Assembly (NCBI GenBank): GCA_003249955.1
Contig: QKHS01000018.1
Span: 20,912-84,911, forward strand
Origin: Bacteroidales bacterium
Lineage (GTDB): Bacteria > Bacteroidota > Bacteroidia > Bacteroidales > ML635J-15
DNA length: 64,000 nt
Direction: 5' to 3'
The notes beneath the pieces are model-generated. The model ran no database searches. It was not told the origin of the DNA and saw only the letters and a list, made by a program, of their open reading frames with translations. Positions 1-9,265 of the stretch are shown one piece after another (position 1 is the first letter of the stretch; each line of letters begins with the position of its first letter). The position numbers and the translations under genes were made by a program.

Positions 1-52
1 TTATAAACTGTTTACAGAAAATAATAAAACAAAATAAAAAACCATTAAAAAG

Positions 53-1315
53 ATGTTCAGATTCTTAAGAAACATAGACCGCAAAGACTACAGGCCACGA
101 CACGGAGCTCTTGACATTTTTAAATTTATAGGCCCGGGACTTCTTGTAACAGTCGGATTTATTGATCCCGGCAACTGGGCTTCGAATCTTGCTGCCGGTG
201 CCGATTACGGATACGCACTTTTATGGATGGTTACACTTTCTACAATTATGCTCATCCTGTTACAGCACAACGTGGCACATCTGGGCATTGCAACAGGACT
301 TTGTCTTTCCGAAGCCACTGCTATTTACATAAAACCAAAGTATTCAAAAATTCTGCTCATAACTGCGATGCTTGCATCTGTTTCCACGTCCCTTGCAGAA
401 ATTCTGGGTGGTGCAATTGCATTAAACATGCTGTTCGATATTCCTGTCCGGGCCGGAGCAATTCTGGTTACCGTTTTTGTAATTATCATGCTTTTTACCA
501 ATTCCTATAAACTGATGGAGAAATGGATAATAGCATTTGTTTCGGTCATCGGCTTGTCTTTTCTTTATGAGCTTTCTCTGGTAGATATTGACTGGAATTC
601 TGCTGTCCAGGGCTGGGTTACCCCATCTTTTCCAAAAGGCTCAATGATTGTAATCATGAGCGTGCTCGGGGCAGTTGTTATGCCGCACAACCTGTTTTTG
701 CATTCCGAAATCATTCAGAGCCGGCAATGGAATCTTAAAGACGATAAGGTAATAAAAAGACAACTGAAATACGAGTTCTTCGACACCCTGTTTTCAATGA
801 TAGTAGGATGGGCTATAAACAGTGCCATGATACTGCTGGCAGCGGCCACATTTTTTAAAACCCGGACGCCGGTATCCGAATTGCAGCAGGCTAACCATCT
901 GCTTGAACCTCTGTTAGGAAACAATGCCGTAATTGTTTTTGCAGTAGCTCTTTTGTTTTCGGGCCTTGCATCGACAATAACTTCGGGAATGGCTGCCGGG
1001 ACAATCTTTGCCGGAATGTTCAAAGAGCCATATGATATTAAAGATAATCACTCCAGATTAGGTGTTGCCATTTCTCTTATTGTTGCCCTCGGCATTATCT
1101 TTCTTGTGTCAAATCCGTTTAGCGGCCTTATAATTTCCCAGATGTGCCTTAGCATTCAACTGCCGTTTACAATTTTTCTTCAGGTTTACCTTACTTCATC
1201 CGAAAAGGTAATGGGAAAACATAAAAACACAACATTCTCAAAAATTACGCTTTATGCAATAGGAATTATTGTTACTTTGCTTAATATTGCACTTTTTGTA
1301 AGTATGCTTAGCTAA
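53..1315 (+). CDS. mntH: NRAMP-family divalent metal (Mn2+/Fe2+) transporter
   Basis: 420-aa polytopic ORF. It carries the Nramp signatures GFIDPGNWASNL (DPGN) and VVMPHNLFLHS (MPH). Confidence 0.9.
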   Translation: MFRFLRNIDRKDYRPRHGALDIFKFIGPGLLVTVGFIDPGNWASNLAAGADYGYALLWMVTLSTIMLILLQHNVAHLGIATGLCLSEATAIYIKPKYSKILLITAMLASVSTSLAEILGGAIALNMLFDIPVRAGAILVTVFVIIMLFTNSYKLMEKWIIAFVSVIGLSFLYELSLVDIDWNSAVQGWVTPSFPKGSMIVIMSVLGAVVMPHNLFLHSEIIQSRQWNLKDDKVIKRQLKYEFFDTLFSMIVGWAINSAMILLAAATFFKTRTPVSELQQANHLLEPLLGNNAVIVFAVALLFSGLASTITSGMAAGTIFAGMFKEPYDIKDNHSRLGVAISLIVALGIIFLVSNPFSGLIISQMCLSIQLPFTIFLQVYLTSSEKVMGKHKNTTFSKITLYAIGIIVTLLNIALFVSMLS

Positions 1316-1462
1316 TGCATGTGTAATATCCGGCAACGGGGTTGCCATTGCATTTATGATGTTGTTCTTATAAAATTAAACACACCTAAGCCTGACTCTC
1401 AAAAAAACTGATTTTACGAACAACCGGTACTGATTAAAAATGAAAAACTGTGTGTTAATTTT

Positions 1463-1945
1463 ATGAATCCTGTATTTGAAACAATAAACGAAAAGAAACT
1501 GGTAGGGCAAAGATTAAAAATGTCTATGTCCGGAAACAAAACGGCAGATCTTTGGAAAAAATTCATGCCGGAACGTGATAAGATAAAAAACAGGGTTGAT
1601 TCCGGTTTTATCTCGATGCAGATTTATCCTGATTCGTATTTCTCAGAATTTAATCCCGGGGCAGAATTTGAAAAATGGGCTGCAGCAGAAGTCTCGGACT
1701 ACGGTATAATACCGGACGGAATGGAGACATACACTATCCCTTCAGGACTTTATGCTGTTTTTATGTATAAAGGAGATCCCCGTGAAGGGGCAAAAATATT
1801 TGAATATATTTTTAACATTTGGCTTCCGGCATCAGGCTATATTCTGGACAACAGGCCTCATTTCGAGGTATTGGGAGATAAATATAAAAATAATGATCCT
1901 GACTCAGAAGAAGAAATCAAAATTCCTGTCAAACTAAAGGGTTAG
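1463..1945 (+). CDS. GyrI-like / AraC effector-binding-domain small-molecule-binding protein
   Basis: 160-aa soluble ORF. Its length and the pattern (EKKLVGQRLKMS near the N-terminus, RPHFEVLGDKY near the C-terminus) are typical of the GyrI-like fold. This is motif-level recognition only. Confidence 0.5.
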   Translation: MNPVFETINEKKLVGQRLKMSMSGNKTADLWKKFMPERDKIKNRVDSGFISMQIYPDSYFSEFNPGAEFEKWAAAEVSDYGIIPDGMETYTIPSGLYAVFMYKGDPREGAKIFEYIFNIWLPASGYILDNRPHFEVLGDKYKNNDPDSEEEIKIPVKLKG

Positions 1946-1991
1946 GGAAATAATTAATTTTAACTTATAAAAAGATTAGAAAAAAGCAGAT

Positions 1992-2447
1992 ATGAATACA
2001 GCACATTTACACTTAATGTTTACACATTTACCGATTGTAGGGCTTGGAATCGCGATAATGATAAATATTTATTCCTTATTTAAACGAAGTTCCGAACTAC
2101 AGAAGTTAAGTCTCTGGTCTTACGTTATTTTGGGAATTTTTGCCTTATTAGCTTATCTTACAGGAGACGGAGCCGAAGAAATTATTAAAACCTACCCAGG
2201 AATAACCGAAGATATTATTGAAAATCATGAGCACATGGCACTCTACTTTTTTATAGGGCTTATGATAAGTTCGGCGGCAGCAATGTTGGGATTATATTTT
2301 ACAAAAATTAAGAAAAACTTACTGAAAAAATTAAACTTATGGTTGCTGATATTCGCAATCCTGATGAGTGTGCTTGCATTTTTTACAGGCTATACAGGAG
2401 GAGAAATAAGGCATACCGAAATAAACAACGGTGTTTACACCAAATAA
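1992..2447 (+). CDS. small integral membrane protein (DUF2231-like, 4 TM)
   Basis: 151 aa with four hydrophobic helices. It has an N-terminal HLMFTHLPIV and a C-terminal GYTGGEIRH pattern. Confidence 0.4.
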   Translation: MNTAHLHLMFTHLPIVGLGIAIMINIYSLFKRSSELQKLSLWSYVILGIFALLAYLTGDGAEEIIKTYPGITEDIIENHEHMALYFFIGLMISSAAAMLGLYFTKIKKNLLKKLNLWLLIFAILMSVLAFFTGYTGGEIRHTEINNGVYTK

Positions 2448-2495
2448 TATATTGTTTTACTGAAAAACTAAGAAACAATTAAACAAACAGATAAC

Positions 2496-2523
2496 ATAAA
2501 AAAGGGGGCTTAAAACGGCCCCC
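2496..2523 (-). terminator. rho-independent terminator downstream of the giant T9SS gene
   Basis: The minus strand reads GGGGCCGTTTTAAGCCCCC followed by TTTTTTATG. This is a GGGGGC/GCCCCC stem with a T-run, 8 nt after the stop at 2531. Confidence 0.7.
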
Positions 2524-2530
2524 TTAATAT

Positions 2531-5500
2531 TTATTTTCTGATTAAGCGTATTGTTGCTTCCAGGCTATCTGCCTTTACCGACATTATATAAACTCCGGGA
2601 GCCTCATCAAACTGAATATCTGCATATTGCTCTGCATTATACTCCGACCGGAAAACAACTCTGCCCTGCAAATCGGTTATAGTAATATCTACATCCTGGA
2701 AAACATCTCCAAAATCCAGTTTTAAAAGTCCGTCTGTAGGATTTGGGAACACTTTAATCCCCTTAGCAAAATCATTATCGGTTACAAGTATTGTTGTCAC
2801 ATCATAACAATCCGAAGTGTCAACACATTCGTTTTGGGTAACCTGAACAGCATAATTACCGTTACTTGTTGCTGTAAATACCTGATTTGTTTCACCGGCA
2901 ACAGGATTGTTATTATTATCGCAATCCAACCATTGATATAGGGCAGATGCTGCATTAGCAGTCAGTGTTTCCTGATCCTGAGTTACAGAAACATCCACAA
3001 CGTTGACATTTACAGTGGTTTCAATTATACTGTCACAAAGCGTTCCCACTGCCTGTAAATTGCTGGTGTAAACCACCTGCTCCGTAATATTGTTCTGTAT
3101 CGTACCATCCGGGAAGGTATAACTTTCACCTGAACATATTGTTTCTGTTTCGGTAAGATTATAAACCGGATTTAAATTAACAGTCGTCTGAATAATGCTG
3201 TCACACATTGTTGCGGCCGTTTGTAAATTGCTGGTGTAAATCACCTGAGAGGTAATATCATTCTGTACGGTTCCGTCAGGGAATGTGTAACTCCCGCCCG
3301 GACACACATAAACGGTTTCGGTAAGATTATATACAGGAGCCACATTTACAGTAGTTTCAATTATGCTGTCGCAAAGAGTTACAACTGTTTGCAGATTACT
3401 TGTATAAACTATCTGAGACACAATATCACTCTGTGTGCTTCCGTCAGGAAATGTGTAGCTTCCGCCCGGACATACATAAACAGTCTCAGTAAGATTATAA
3501 ACCGGATTTACGTTAACTGTAGTTTCAATTATACTGTCACAGGATGTTGTCATAGTCTGAAAATTGCTGAAATGAATTACCTGAGAGGTAATATTACTCT
3601 CTGTAGTTCCGTCCGGGAAAGTATAGCTTGCGCCCGGACATACATTAACAGTCTCTGTCAGATTATAAGAAGGATTTACATTTATAGTTGTCTCAATAAT
3701 GCTGTCGCACATTGTTACCGCGGTTAAAAGATTACTGGTATAAACTACCTGTGAAGTAATATTATCCTGTGTCGTACCATCCGGGAAAGTGTAACTGTCT
3801 CCGGAGCATACATAATATGTTTCAGCAATATTATAAACAGGATTTACATTTACAGTCGTCTGAATGATACTGTCACACATTGTTGCGGCTGTTTGTAAAT
3901 TACTGGTATAAACCACCTGTGAGGTAATATTAGTCTGTATGGTTCCGTCAGGAAAAGTATAGCTATCTCCCGAACAAACATAATCTGTTTCTGTCAGATT
4001 ATAAACAGGACTTACATTAACAGTCGTCTGAATAATGCTGTCACACATTGTTGCAACTGTTTGTAAATTGCTGGTATAGACTACCTGTGAGGTAATGTTA
4101 TTTTGTATTGTTCCGTCAGGGAATGTGTAACTTTCTCCCGGACATACATAAACAGTTTCGGTAAGATTATAAACCGGGTTAACATTGACTGTGGTTACTA
4201 TAATACTGTCACACATTGTTACGGCAGTCTGCAAATTACTGGTATAGACTACCTGTGAGGTAATGTTATTCTGGGTTGTGCCGTCAGGGAAAGTATAACT
4301 ATCTCCCGAGCATACATAATCTGTTTCGGTAAGATTATAAACCGGATTTACATTAATGGTAGTTACAATTATACTATCACACATTGTTAAAACTGTTTGC
4401 AGATTGCTGGTATAAACAACCTGAGAGGTAATATTATTTTGAGTTGTGCCGTCAGGGAATGTATAACTGTCTCCGGAACATACATAATCTGTTTCGGCAA
4501 TATTATAAACAGGATCTACATTAACAGTTGTCTGAATGATGCTGTCACACATTGTTAAAACTGTTTGCAGATTGCTGGTATGAATCACCTGAGAGGTAAT
4601 GTTATTCTGTATCGTACCGTCAGGGAATGTATAACTGCTGCCGGAGCATACATATTCGATTTCTGTAATATCATAAACCGGATTAACATTGACTGTGGTT
4701 ACTATAATACTGTCGCACATTGTTACCGCTGTCAGGAAATTGCTGGTATGCATTACCTGAGATGTTATATTGCTCTGGGTTGTTCCGTCGGGGAATGTAT
4801 AGCTCCCGCCCGAACAAACATAAACGGTTTCGGTCTGGTCATAAACCGGGTTTACATTGATGGTGGTTACAATAATACTGTCACACATCGTTACCGCCGT
4901 CTGCAGATTACTGGTATGAACTACCTGAGATGTAATATTATTTTGAGTTGTGCCGTCATGGAAAGTGTAACTGTCTCCCGAGCATACATAATCTGTTTCG
5001 GTAAGATTATAAACCGGGCTCACATTAACAGTTGTCTGAATAATACTGTCGCACATTGTTACCGCTGTCAGCAAATTACTGGTATGAATTACCTGAGAGG
5101 TAATGTTAGTCTGTGTGGTTCCGTCAGGGAAAGTATAACTTCCGCCGGAGCATACATAATCTGTTTCAGTAAGATTGTAAACCGGACTTACATTGAGTGT
5201 GGTTACAATTATGCTGTCACACAAAGTTACAACAGTCTGAAAATTACTGGTATGAACTATCTGTGAGGTAATGTTAGTCTGTGTGGTTCCGTCAGGGAAA
5301 GTGTAACTTCCGCCCGAACACACATAATCCGTTTCGGTCAGGTTATATACCGGGTTAACATTTACGGTGGTTACTATAATGCTGTCGCACATTGTCACAG
5401 CTGTAAGAAAATTGCTGGTGTGCACAACCTGAGAGGTAATATTGCTCTGGGTTGTTCCGTCAGGGAAAGTGTAACTATCTCCTGAACATACATAAACAGT

Positions 5501-7027
5501 TTCTGTCTGGTCATAAACCGGGTTTACATTTATGGTGGTTACAATAATGCTGTCGCACATTGTTAAAACTGTTTGCAGGTTACTGGTATGAATTACCTGA
5601 GAGGTAATGTTATTTTGGGTTGTTCCGTCAGGAAAAGTGTAACTATCTCCTGAACATACATAATCTGTTTCTGTCAGATTGTAAACCGGGTTAACATTAA
5701 CTGTTGTCTGGATAATACTGTCGCACATCTTTCCTACAGTTAACAAATTACTGGTATGAATTACCTGAGAGGTAATATTAGTCTGTGTTGTACCATCAGG
5801 GAATGTATAACTTCCGCCCGAACACACATATTTTGTTTCCGATAAATTATAAACCGGATTTACATTAACTGTTGTCTGAATAATACTGTCACACAACAAG
5901 CTTGTCTGCAGATTGCTGGTATGAACAATCTGTATGGTTATATTGCCCTGGGTTGTTCCGTCAGGGAATGTATAACTGTCTCCCGAACAAACTTCATCCG
6001 TTTCGGATAAGTTATAGCTTGGTTTTACTGTAACTGTTGCAGATCCGCAACTTCCCGGGGTTACACAGCCTCCCTCTCCTCTTACATAATAAGTGGTTGA
6101 AGATGATGGAGATACTGAGAAAGTTGTAGTTGCTGTTGTCCCTATGCTTGTCCCCCCACAGGAACCTGTATAAATATGCCATGCCGTTGCATCATTTAAA
6201 GTACCTGTTATTGACAATGTAGATGAACTGCCCGGACAAACCGATGAAGGACTTGCTGTAACTGTCGGTACGGAAGGGTTAACGCAGGTACTTGCTACTG
6301 TAAAAGAACATGGGAAAGGATTTAAGGTATAAGCAGTAGTATTTGTTAAATCGACATCCCAGTTATTAATGTTGTTTATTGAAGCTCTCAAAGCACTTGG
6401 GGTTCCTGATGTAAGTACACTGCATTTATATCTGAAGTTATCATATTCTGTTGGACCCGGGCCATAAAGCCAGATGGCATTTACACCGGTTGTAAGCTGG
6501 TCAGGTAATGCAGAAGTCTGAGCAGTAGTGCAGGAACCGTCCCAATTGCCGACAGTCGAATAAGTTTCAACATTCCAGGAACACCCTGTAATAAATACGG
6601 GATTTGCAGCCGTTCCCTGATAAAGAAAAATCTGGTCTCCTGAATATGCTATTATGGTACTGTTGTTTTCGACCCATGTCACTGTGCCTGGTGTGGCAGC
6701 CAGACTTCCAGCCTCCAATACTCCGTTATTTGAGGTTTTGATATGAACTATTGTCCCTGCACTCAATGCTGTTGATGTTGTCCACTGCCATATCCCGTCT
6801 CCTGAAATGGAATAAAAGCCTGATGCGTCATTCCAGCCCTTATCGGTTATGTAAATGACAGTTCCTGCTGTGATATCTTTCAATAATAAGAATGAAAATT
6901 CATCATCTCCGTCCGAATTGAGACCAACAATAGCAATATCGCCTGTTGCAAGCGTAGTTTGCGAATAAACATGCATGCTGCAAAAAGCCAGCATTGAAAT
7001 AAATATAAAATATTTTAATAGTTTCAT
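2531..7027 (-). CDS. giant repeat-containing cell-surface protein, T9SS cargo (type A C-terminal sorting domain)
   Basis: I place the start at the ATG at 7027 (MKLLKYFIFISMLAFCSMHVYSQ signal peptide). The track start at 7054 is a GTG inside a terminator hairpin. The protein has an N-terminal globular region, a Cys-rich Ig-like module, and 18 tandem 56-aa modules. Its C-terminus is FPNPTDGLLKLDF...GVYIMSVKADS...IRLIRK, typical of the T9SS sorting domain. Confidence 0.85.
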   Translation of the reverse strand: MKLLKYFIFISMLAFCSMHVYSQTTLATGDIAIVGLNSDGDDEFSFLLLKDITAGTVIYITDKGWNDASGFYSISGDGIWQWTTSTALSAGTIVHIKTSNNGVLEAGSLAATPGTVTWVENNSTIIAYSGDQIFLYQGTAANPVFITGCSWNVETYSTVGNWDGSCTTAQTSALPDQLTTGVNAIWLYGPGPTEYDNFRYKCSVLTSGTPSALRASINNINNWDVDLTNTTAYTLNPFPCSFTVASTCVNPSVPTVTASPSSVCPGSSSTLSITGTLNDATAWHIYTGSCGGTSIGTTATTTFSVSPSSSTTYYVRGEGGCVTPGSCGSATVTVKPSYNLSETDEVCSGDSYTFPDGTTQGNITIQIVHTSNLQTSLLCDSIIQTTVNVNPVYNLSETKYVCSGGSYTFPDGTTQTNITSQVIHTSNLLTVGKMCDSIIQTTVNVNPVYNLTETDYVCSGDSYTFPDGTTQNNITSQVIHTSNLQTVLTMCDSIIVTTINVNPVYDQTETVYVCSGDSYTFPDGTTQSNITSQVVHTSNFLTAVTMCDSIIVTTVNVNPVYNLTETDYVCSGGSYTFPDGTTQTNITSQIVHTSNFQTVVTLCDSIIVTTLNVSPVYNLTETDYVCSGGSYTFPDGTTQTNITSQVIHTSNLLTAVTMCDSIIQTTVNVSPVYNLTETDYVCSGDSYTFHDGTTQNNITSQVVHTSNLQTAVTMCDSIIVTTINVNPVYDQTETVYVCSGGSYTFPDGTTQSNITSQVMHTSNFLTAVTMCDSIIVTTVNVNPVYDITEIEYVCSGSSYTFPDGTIQNNITSQVIHTSNLQTVLTMCDSIIQTTVNVDPVYNIAETDYVCSGDSYTFPDGTTQNNITSQVVYTSNLQTVLTMCDSIIVTTINVNPVYNLTETDYVCSGDSYTFPDGTTQNNITSQVVYTSNLQTAVTMCDSIIVTTVNVNPVYNLTETVYVCPGESYTFPDGTIQNNITSQVVYTSNLQTVATMCDSIIQTTVNVSPVYNLTETDYVCSGDSYTFPDGTIQTNITSQVVYTSNLQTAATMCDSIIQTTVNVNPVYNIAETYYVCSGDSYTFPDGTTQDNITSQVVYTSNLLTAVTMCDSIIETTINVNPSYNLTETVNVCPGASYTFPDGTTESNITSQVIHFSNFQTMTTSCDSIIETTVNVNPVYNLTETVYVCPGGSYTFPDGSTQSDIVSQIVYTSNLQTVVTLCDSIIETTVNVAPVYNLTETVYVCPGGSYTFPDGTVQNDITSQVIYTSNLQTAATMCDSIIQTTVNLNPVYNLTETETICSGESYTFPDGTIQNNITEQVVYTSNLQAVGTLCDSIIETTVNVNVVDVSVTQDQETLTANAASALYQWLDCDNNNNPVAGETNQVFTATSNGNYAVQVTQNECVDTSDCYDVTTILVTDNDFAKGIKVFPNPTDGLLKLDFGDVFQDVDITITDLQGRVVFRSEYNAEQYADIQFDEAPGVYIMSVKADSLEATIRLIRK
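3002..6025. repeat. 18 tandem 168-bp coding repeats (56-aa modules) inside the giant gene
   Basis: I counted 18 occurrences of YTF(P/H)DG...CDSII.TT. The consensus is NVNPVYNLTETDYVCSGDSYTFPDGTTQNNITSQVVHTSNLQTVxTMCDSIIxTT. The copies are highly similar at DNA level. Confidence 0.9.
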
Positions 7028-7044
7028 AGTTTCAGTTTTATAAT

Positions 7045-7082
7045 TAAAAAACACCGGAGCCCATAATAATTATGGGCTCCGG
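7045..7082 (-). terminator. intrinsic terminator or attenuator between the tail-collar gene and the giant T9SS gene
   Basis: Perfect 13-bp stem CCGGAGCCCATAA/TTATGGGCTCCGG (7054-7082) with a 3-nt loop. On the minus strand it is followed by TGTTTTTT. It lies 14 nt after the stop at 7096 and 26 nt before the ATG at 7027. Confidence 0.75.
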
Positions 7083-7095
7083 CTTTTGCTATAAA

Positions 7096-7629
7096 TTACT
7101 GTCTTGACGGGAATATTCCGTACAAGCAAATAATAAAATTAAGGCCTAAGTATGGCGGCATGTTTGTATGTGAAGCACTTTGCCCTGCAATTGATACTTC
7201 ATTTGTAACAGCATTGGCATTCATAGTAACATTGGCACCGGTATTAAATGCCGGAGAATTACCCCCTGCCGGGAAATTATTTGAAGGATCTTCAGTATTT
7301 GCTTCCTCATTAGCATGAGATACAGAAGCTACGATATGATTATGCGCCGGCATCTGAGCCTGTGTAAGAGTAACACTTTCATATCCGGCACTTTCGCCCA
7401 TGCTTCTGGGAGTTAATCCGGGACCTGAGCCAAAATGCAGCGGAACTCTCCCGCGAAGGTCTGGTAATGCAAATGTTGTTTGTCCGTCACCACCATAAGT
7501 AGTTCCGATAATAGAAAATAATGCTGTGTTTTGTGCAATGCTCAACAATTGGCCATTACAAAACGCCCAGTTACGGGGAGCGTAATTTCCGGCAAATAAG
7601 ACAATTGATCCGATAAATGCTTCTTCCAT
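7096..7629 (-). CDS. phage tail collar domain protein (MdpB-like)
   Basis: 177 aa with no signal peptide. Contains GSIVLFAGNYAPRNWAFCNGQLLSI..NTALFSIIGTTYGGDG.TTFALPDLRGR and C-terminal PPYLGLNFIICLYGIFPSR, the classic tail-collar domain pattern. Confidence 0.85.
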   Translation of the reverse strand: MEEAFIGSIVLFAGNYAPRNWAFCNGQLLSIAQNTALFSIIGTTYGGDGQTTFALPDLRGRVPLHFGSGPGLTPRSMGESAGYESVTLTQAQMPAHNHIVASVSHANEEANTEDPSNNFPAGGNSPAFNTGANVTMNANAVTNEVSIAGQSASHTNMPPYLGLNFIICLYGIFPSRQ

Positions 7630-7689
7630 AATTTCTAAGTTTTAATGTTAATAATTAAACAATATCTAATAATAAAGGAATAATAAGTT

Positions 7690-7697
7690 CAAAAATA
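7690..7697 (-). promoter_or_regulatory. candidate Bacteroidota -7 box (TATTTTTG) for the tail-collar gene
   Basis: The minus strand matches TAnnTTTG about 60 nt upstream of the ATG at 7629. Confidence 0.4.
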
Positions 7698-8058
7698 ATA
7701 TATTATTTAATACCTCACAACGATTTTGTACATTTTATTAATAAACTACCTCATTTTTCAACTTTTTTCAATGTAATACATTTTTATTTGTCTATTATGA
7801 TATTTTTTTACTTTTTTTATCAAACATAATTTATTAATGCCTTAATTCAGCATCCCGTAAAACATGATATCATAGCAATTGCAATATACTGTTGTCACTT
7901 ATAAGCCATTTACGAGGATAAAATTCCCCTGTAAATTTGCTGTAAATTGCCGTGATATCTTAAAGCTCAGAGCATACAGAACATAACAACAAGACAATGC
8001 AATAATCGTTTATCACTGTCATTTCCGGGAAATAAAGTAATCCGAATAAAAAAAACAT

Positions 8059-8066
8059 TAAATTTG
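8059..8066 (+). promoter_or_regulatory. candidate -7 box (TAAATTTG) for the radical SAM gene
   Basis: TAnnTTTG match about 48 nt upstream of the ATG at 8115. A second identical box lies at about 7932-7939. Confidence 0.35.
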
Positions 8067-8114
8067 ACCTTTATTTTAAATGTCAGATTTTAACAATTAT
8101 AAAACTGATTGATA

Positions 8115-9050
8115 ATGTATAAATATTTATTTGGCCCGGTTCCGTCGCGCCGTCTGGGAATGTCTTTAGGTGTAGATCTGGTTCCGCAAAAAGTATGTTC
8201 ACTGGACTGTGTTTACTGTGAAGCCGGAAAAACAACCGGTTTTACAACCGAAAGAAAAGAATACATCAAATGCAATAAAGTAAAAGAAGAACTATCTCAT
8301 TACCTGAATAATAATCCCGACCCTGATTTTATTACCTTCTCCGGCTATGGAGAACCAACACTGAATCTGTTTTTAGGTGATATTTTAAAATTTATAAAAG
8401 AGGTTAAGCCAAACATTCCGGTAGCAGTTATAACAAACGGAACTCTGCTAAACAATAAAGAAGTAAGAGACGCTTTGCTGACTGCAGACGTTGTACTGCC
8501 ATCTCTTGATGCAGCCACGGAAGAGGTCTTCCTGAAAATAAACAGGCCTGCAAACAGCCTTAAAGTAGAAAACCACATTCAGGGACTTATAGAGTTCAGC
8601 AAAGAATTTAAAGGAAAAATATGGCTCGAAGTTTTTATTCTGCCGGGATATAACGATAGCGAAAATGAACTTTCGGAATTAAAAAAACTAATACTGAAGA
8701 TTAAGCCGGACTCTGTTCAGCTTAATACACTCGACAGACCCGGTACAGAATCAGGGCTAAGAGGTGCCACCAGAGCAGAGCTGCAACATATTGCTGATTA
8801 TTGGGGACTTGATAATGTAATAATTATTGCAGCTTCTCCTGCCCGTAAAAACATTAAATCTTTCAGGACAGACACTGAAAATACAATAATTGAAACTATT
8901 TCGAGAAGGCCCTGTACAATTGACGACCTTGCTTCAATTTTAGGATTAGACCCAAACGAAATAAAAAAATATCTCGATGTTCTGGAAGCGGACAAAAGAA
9001 TAAAAACGGTAAGTCAGGAACGCGGGATATTCTATCAAAAGATAAGTTAG
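8115..9050 (+). CDS. radical SAM enzyme with C-terminal winged-helix-like domain
   Basis: Contains GPVPSRRLGMSLGVDLVPQKVCSLDCVYCEAG (CxxxCxxC cluster motif). There is no second Cys cluster, so no SPASM domain. The C-terminal ~60 aa (ISRRPCTIDDLASILGLDPNEIKKYLDVLEADKRI) look like a wHTH. The start is ATG 8115 or TTG 8109. Confidence 0.8.
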   Translation: MYKYLFGPVPSRRLGMSLGVDLVPQKVCSLDCVYCEAGKTTGFTTERKEYIKCNKVKEELSHYLNNNPDPDFITFSGYGEPTLNLFLGDILKFIKEVKPNIPVAVITNGTLLNNKEVRDALLTADVVLPSLDAATEEVFLKINRPANSLKVENHIQGLIEFSKEFKGKIWLEVFILPGYNDSENELSELKKLILKIKPDSVQLNTLDRPGTESGLRGATRAELQHIADYWGLDNVIIIAASPARKNIKSFRTDTENTIIETISRRPCTIDDLASILGLDPNEIKKYLDVLEADKRIKTVSQERGIFYQKIS

Positions 9051-9265
9051 AGTTTTTATACCTGTAAAGTCATTAAAATTACATTCACTTAAATATCCGT
9101 AAGATATTGCAGGGAAACTGAAAACGGGCTATAAAAAATTGAAGAAAGACTTCTGTAAAAGAAACTTCAACCCACTCGTCTTCATTCTTCCGGCTTCCAC
9201 CCAAAATAGTTGCCGGTAAATTTCTTTTTGCTTATTTTTACATCTGCATTTCAATTAAAATAAAA

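Noticed and set aside
3389-5266. Long plus-strand ORFs (3389-3727 and 4565-5266) antisense to the giant adhesin gene
   Set aside because: They lie entirely within the 168-bp tandem repeats. Their products are themselves periodic and Cys/Arg/Asn-rich low-complexity sequence with no start context. The repeat unit happens to lack stop codons on the opposite strand, so these are artefacts.
7028-7054. Track start (GTG at 7054) of the giant ORF, giving the N-terminal extension MFFNYKTET
   Set aside because: The GTG sits inside the 13-bp terminator stem, and the extension precedes a canonical signal peptide that begins at the ATG at 7027.
2531-7629. Diversity-generating retroelement or phase-variable shufflon acting on the repeat gene
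   Set aside because: There is no reverse transcriptase, template repeat, invertase or inverted promoter flanks anywhere nearby. Variation among modules is spread over many positions rather than being adenine-specific.
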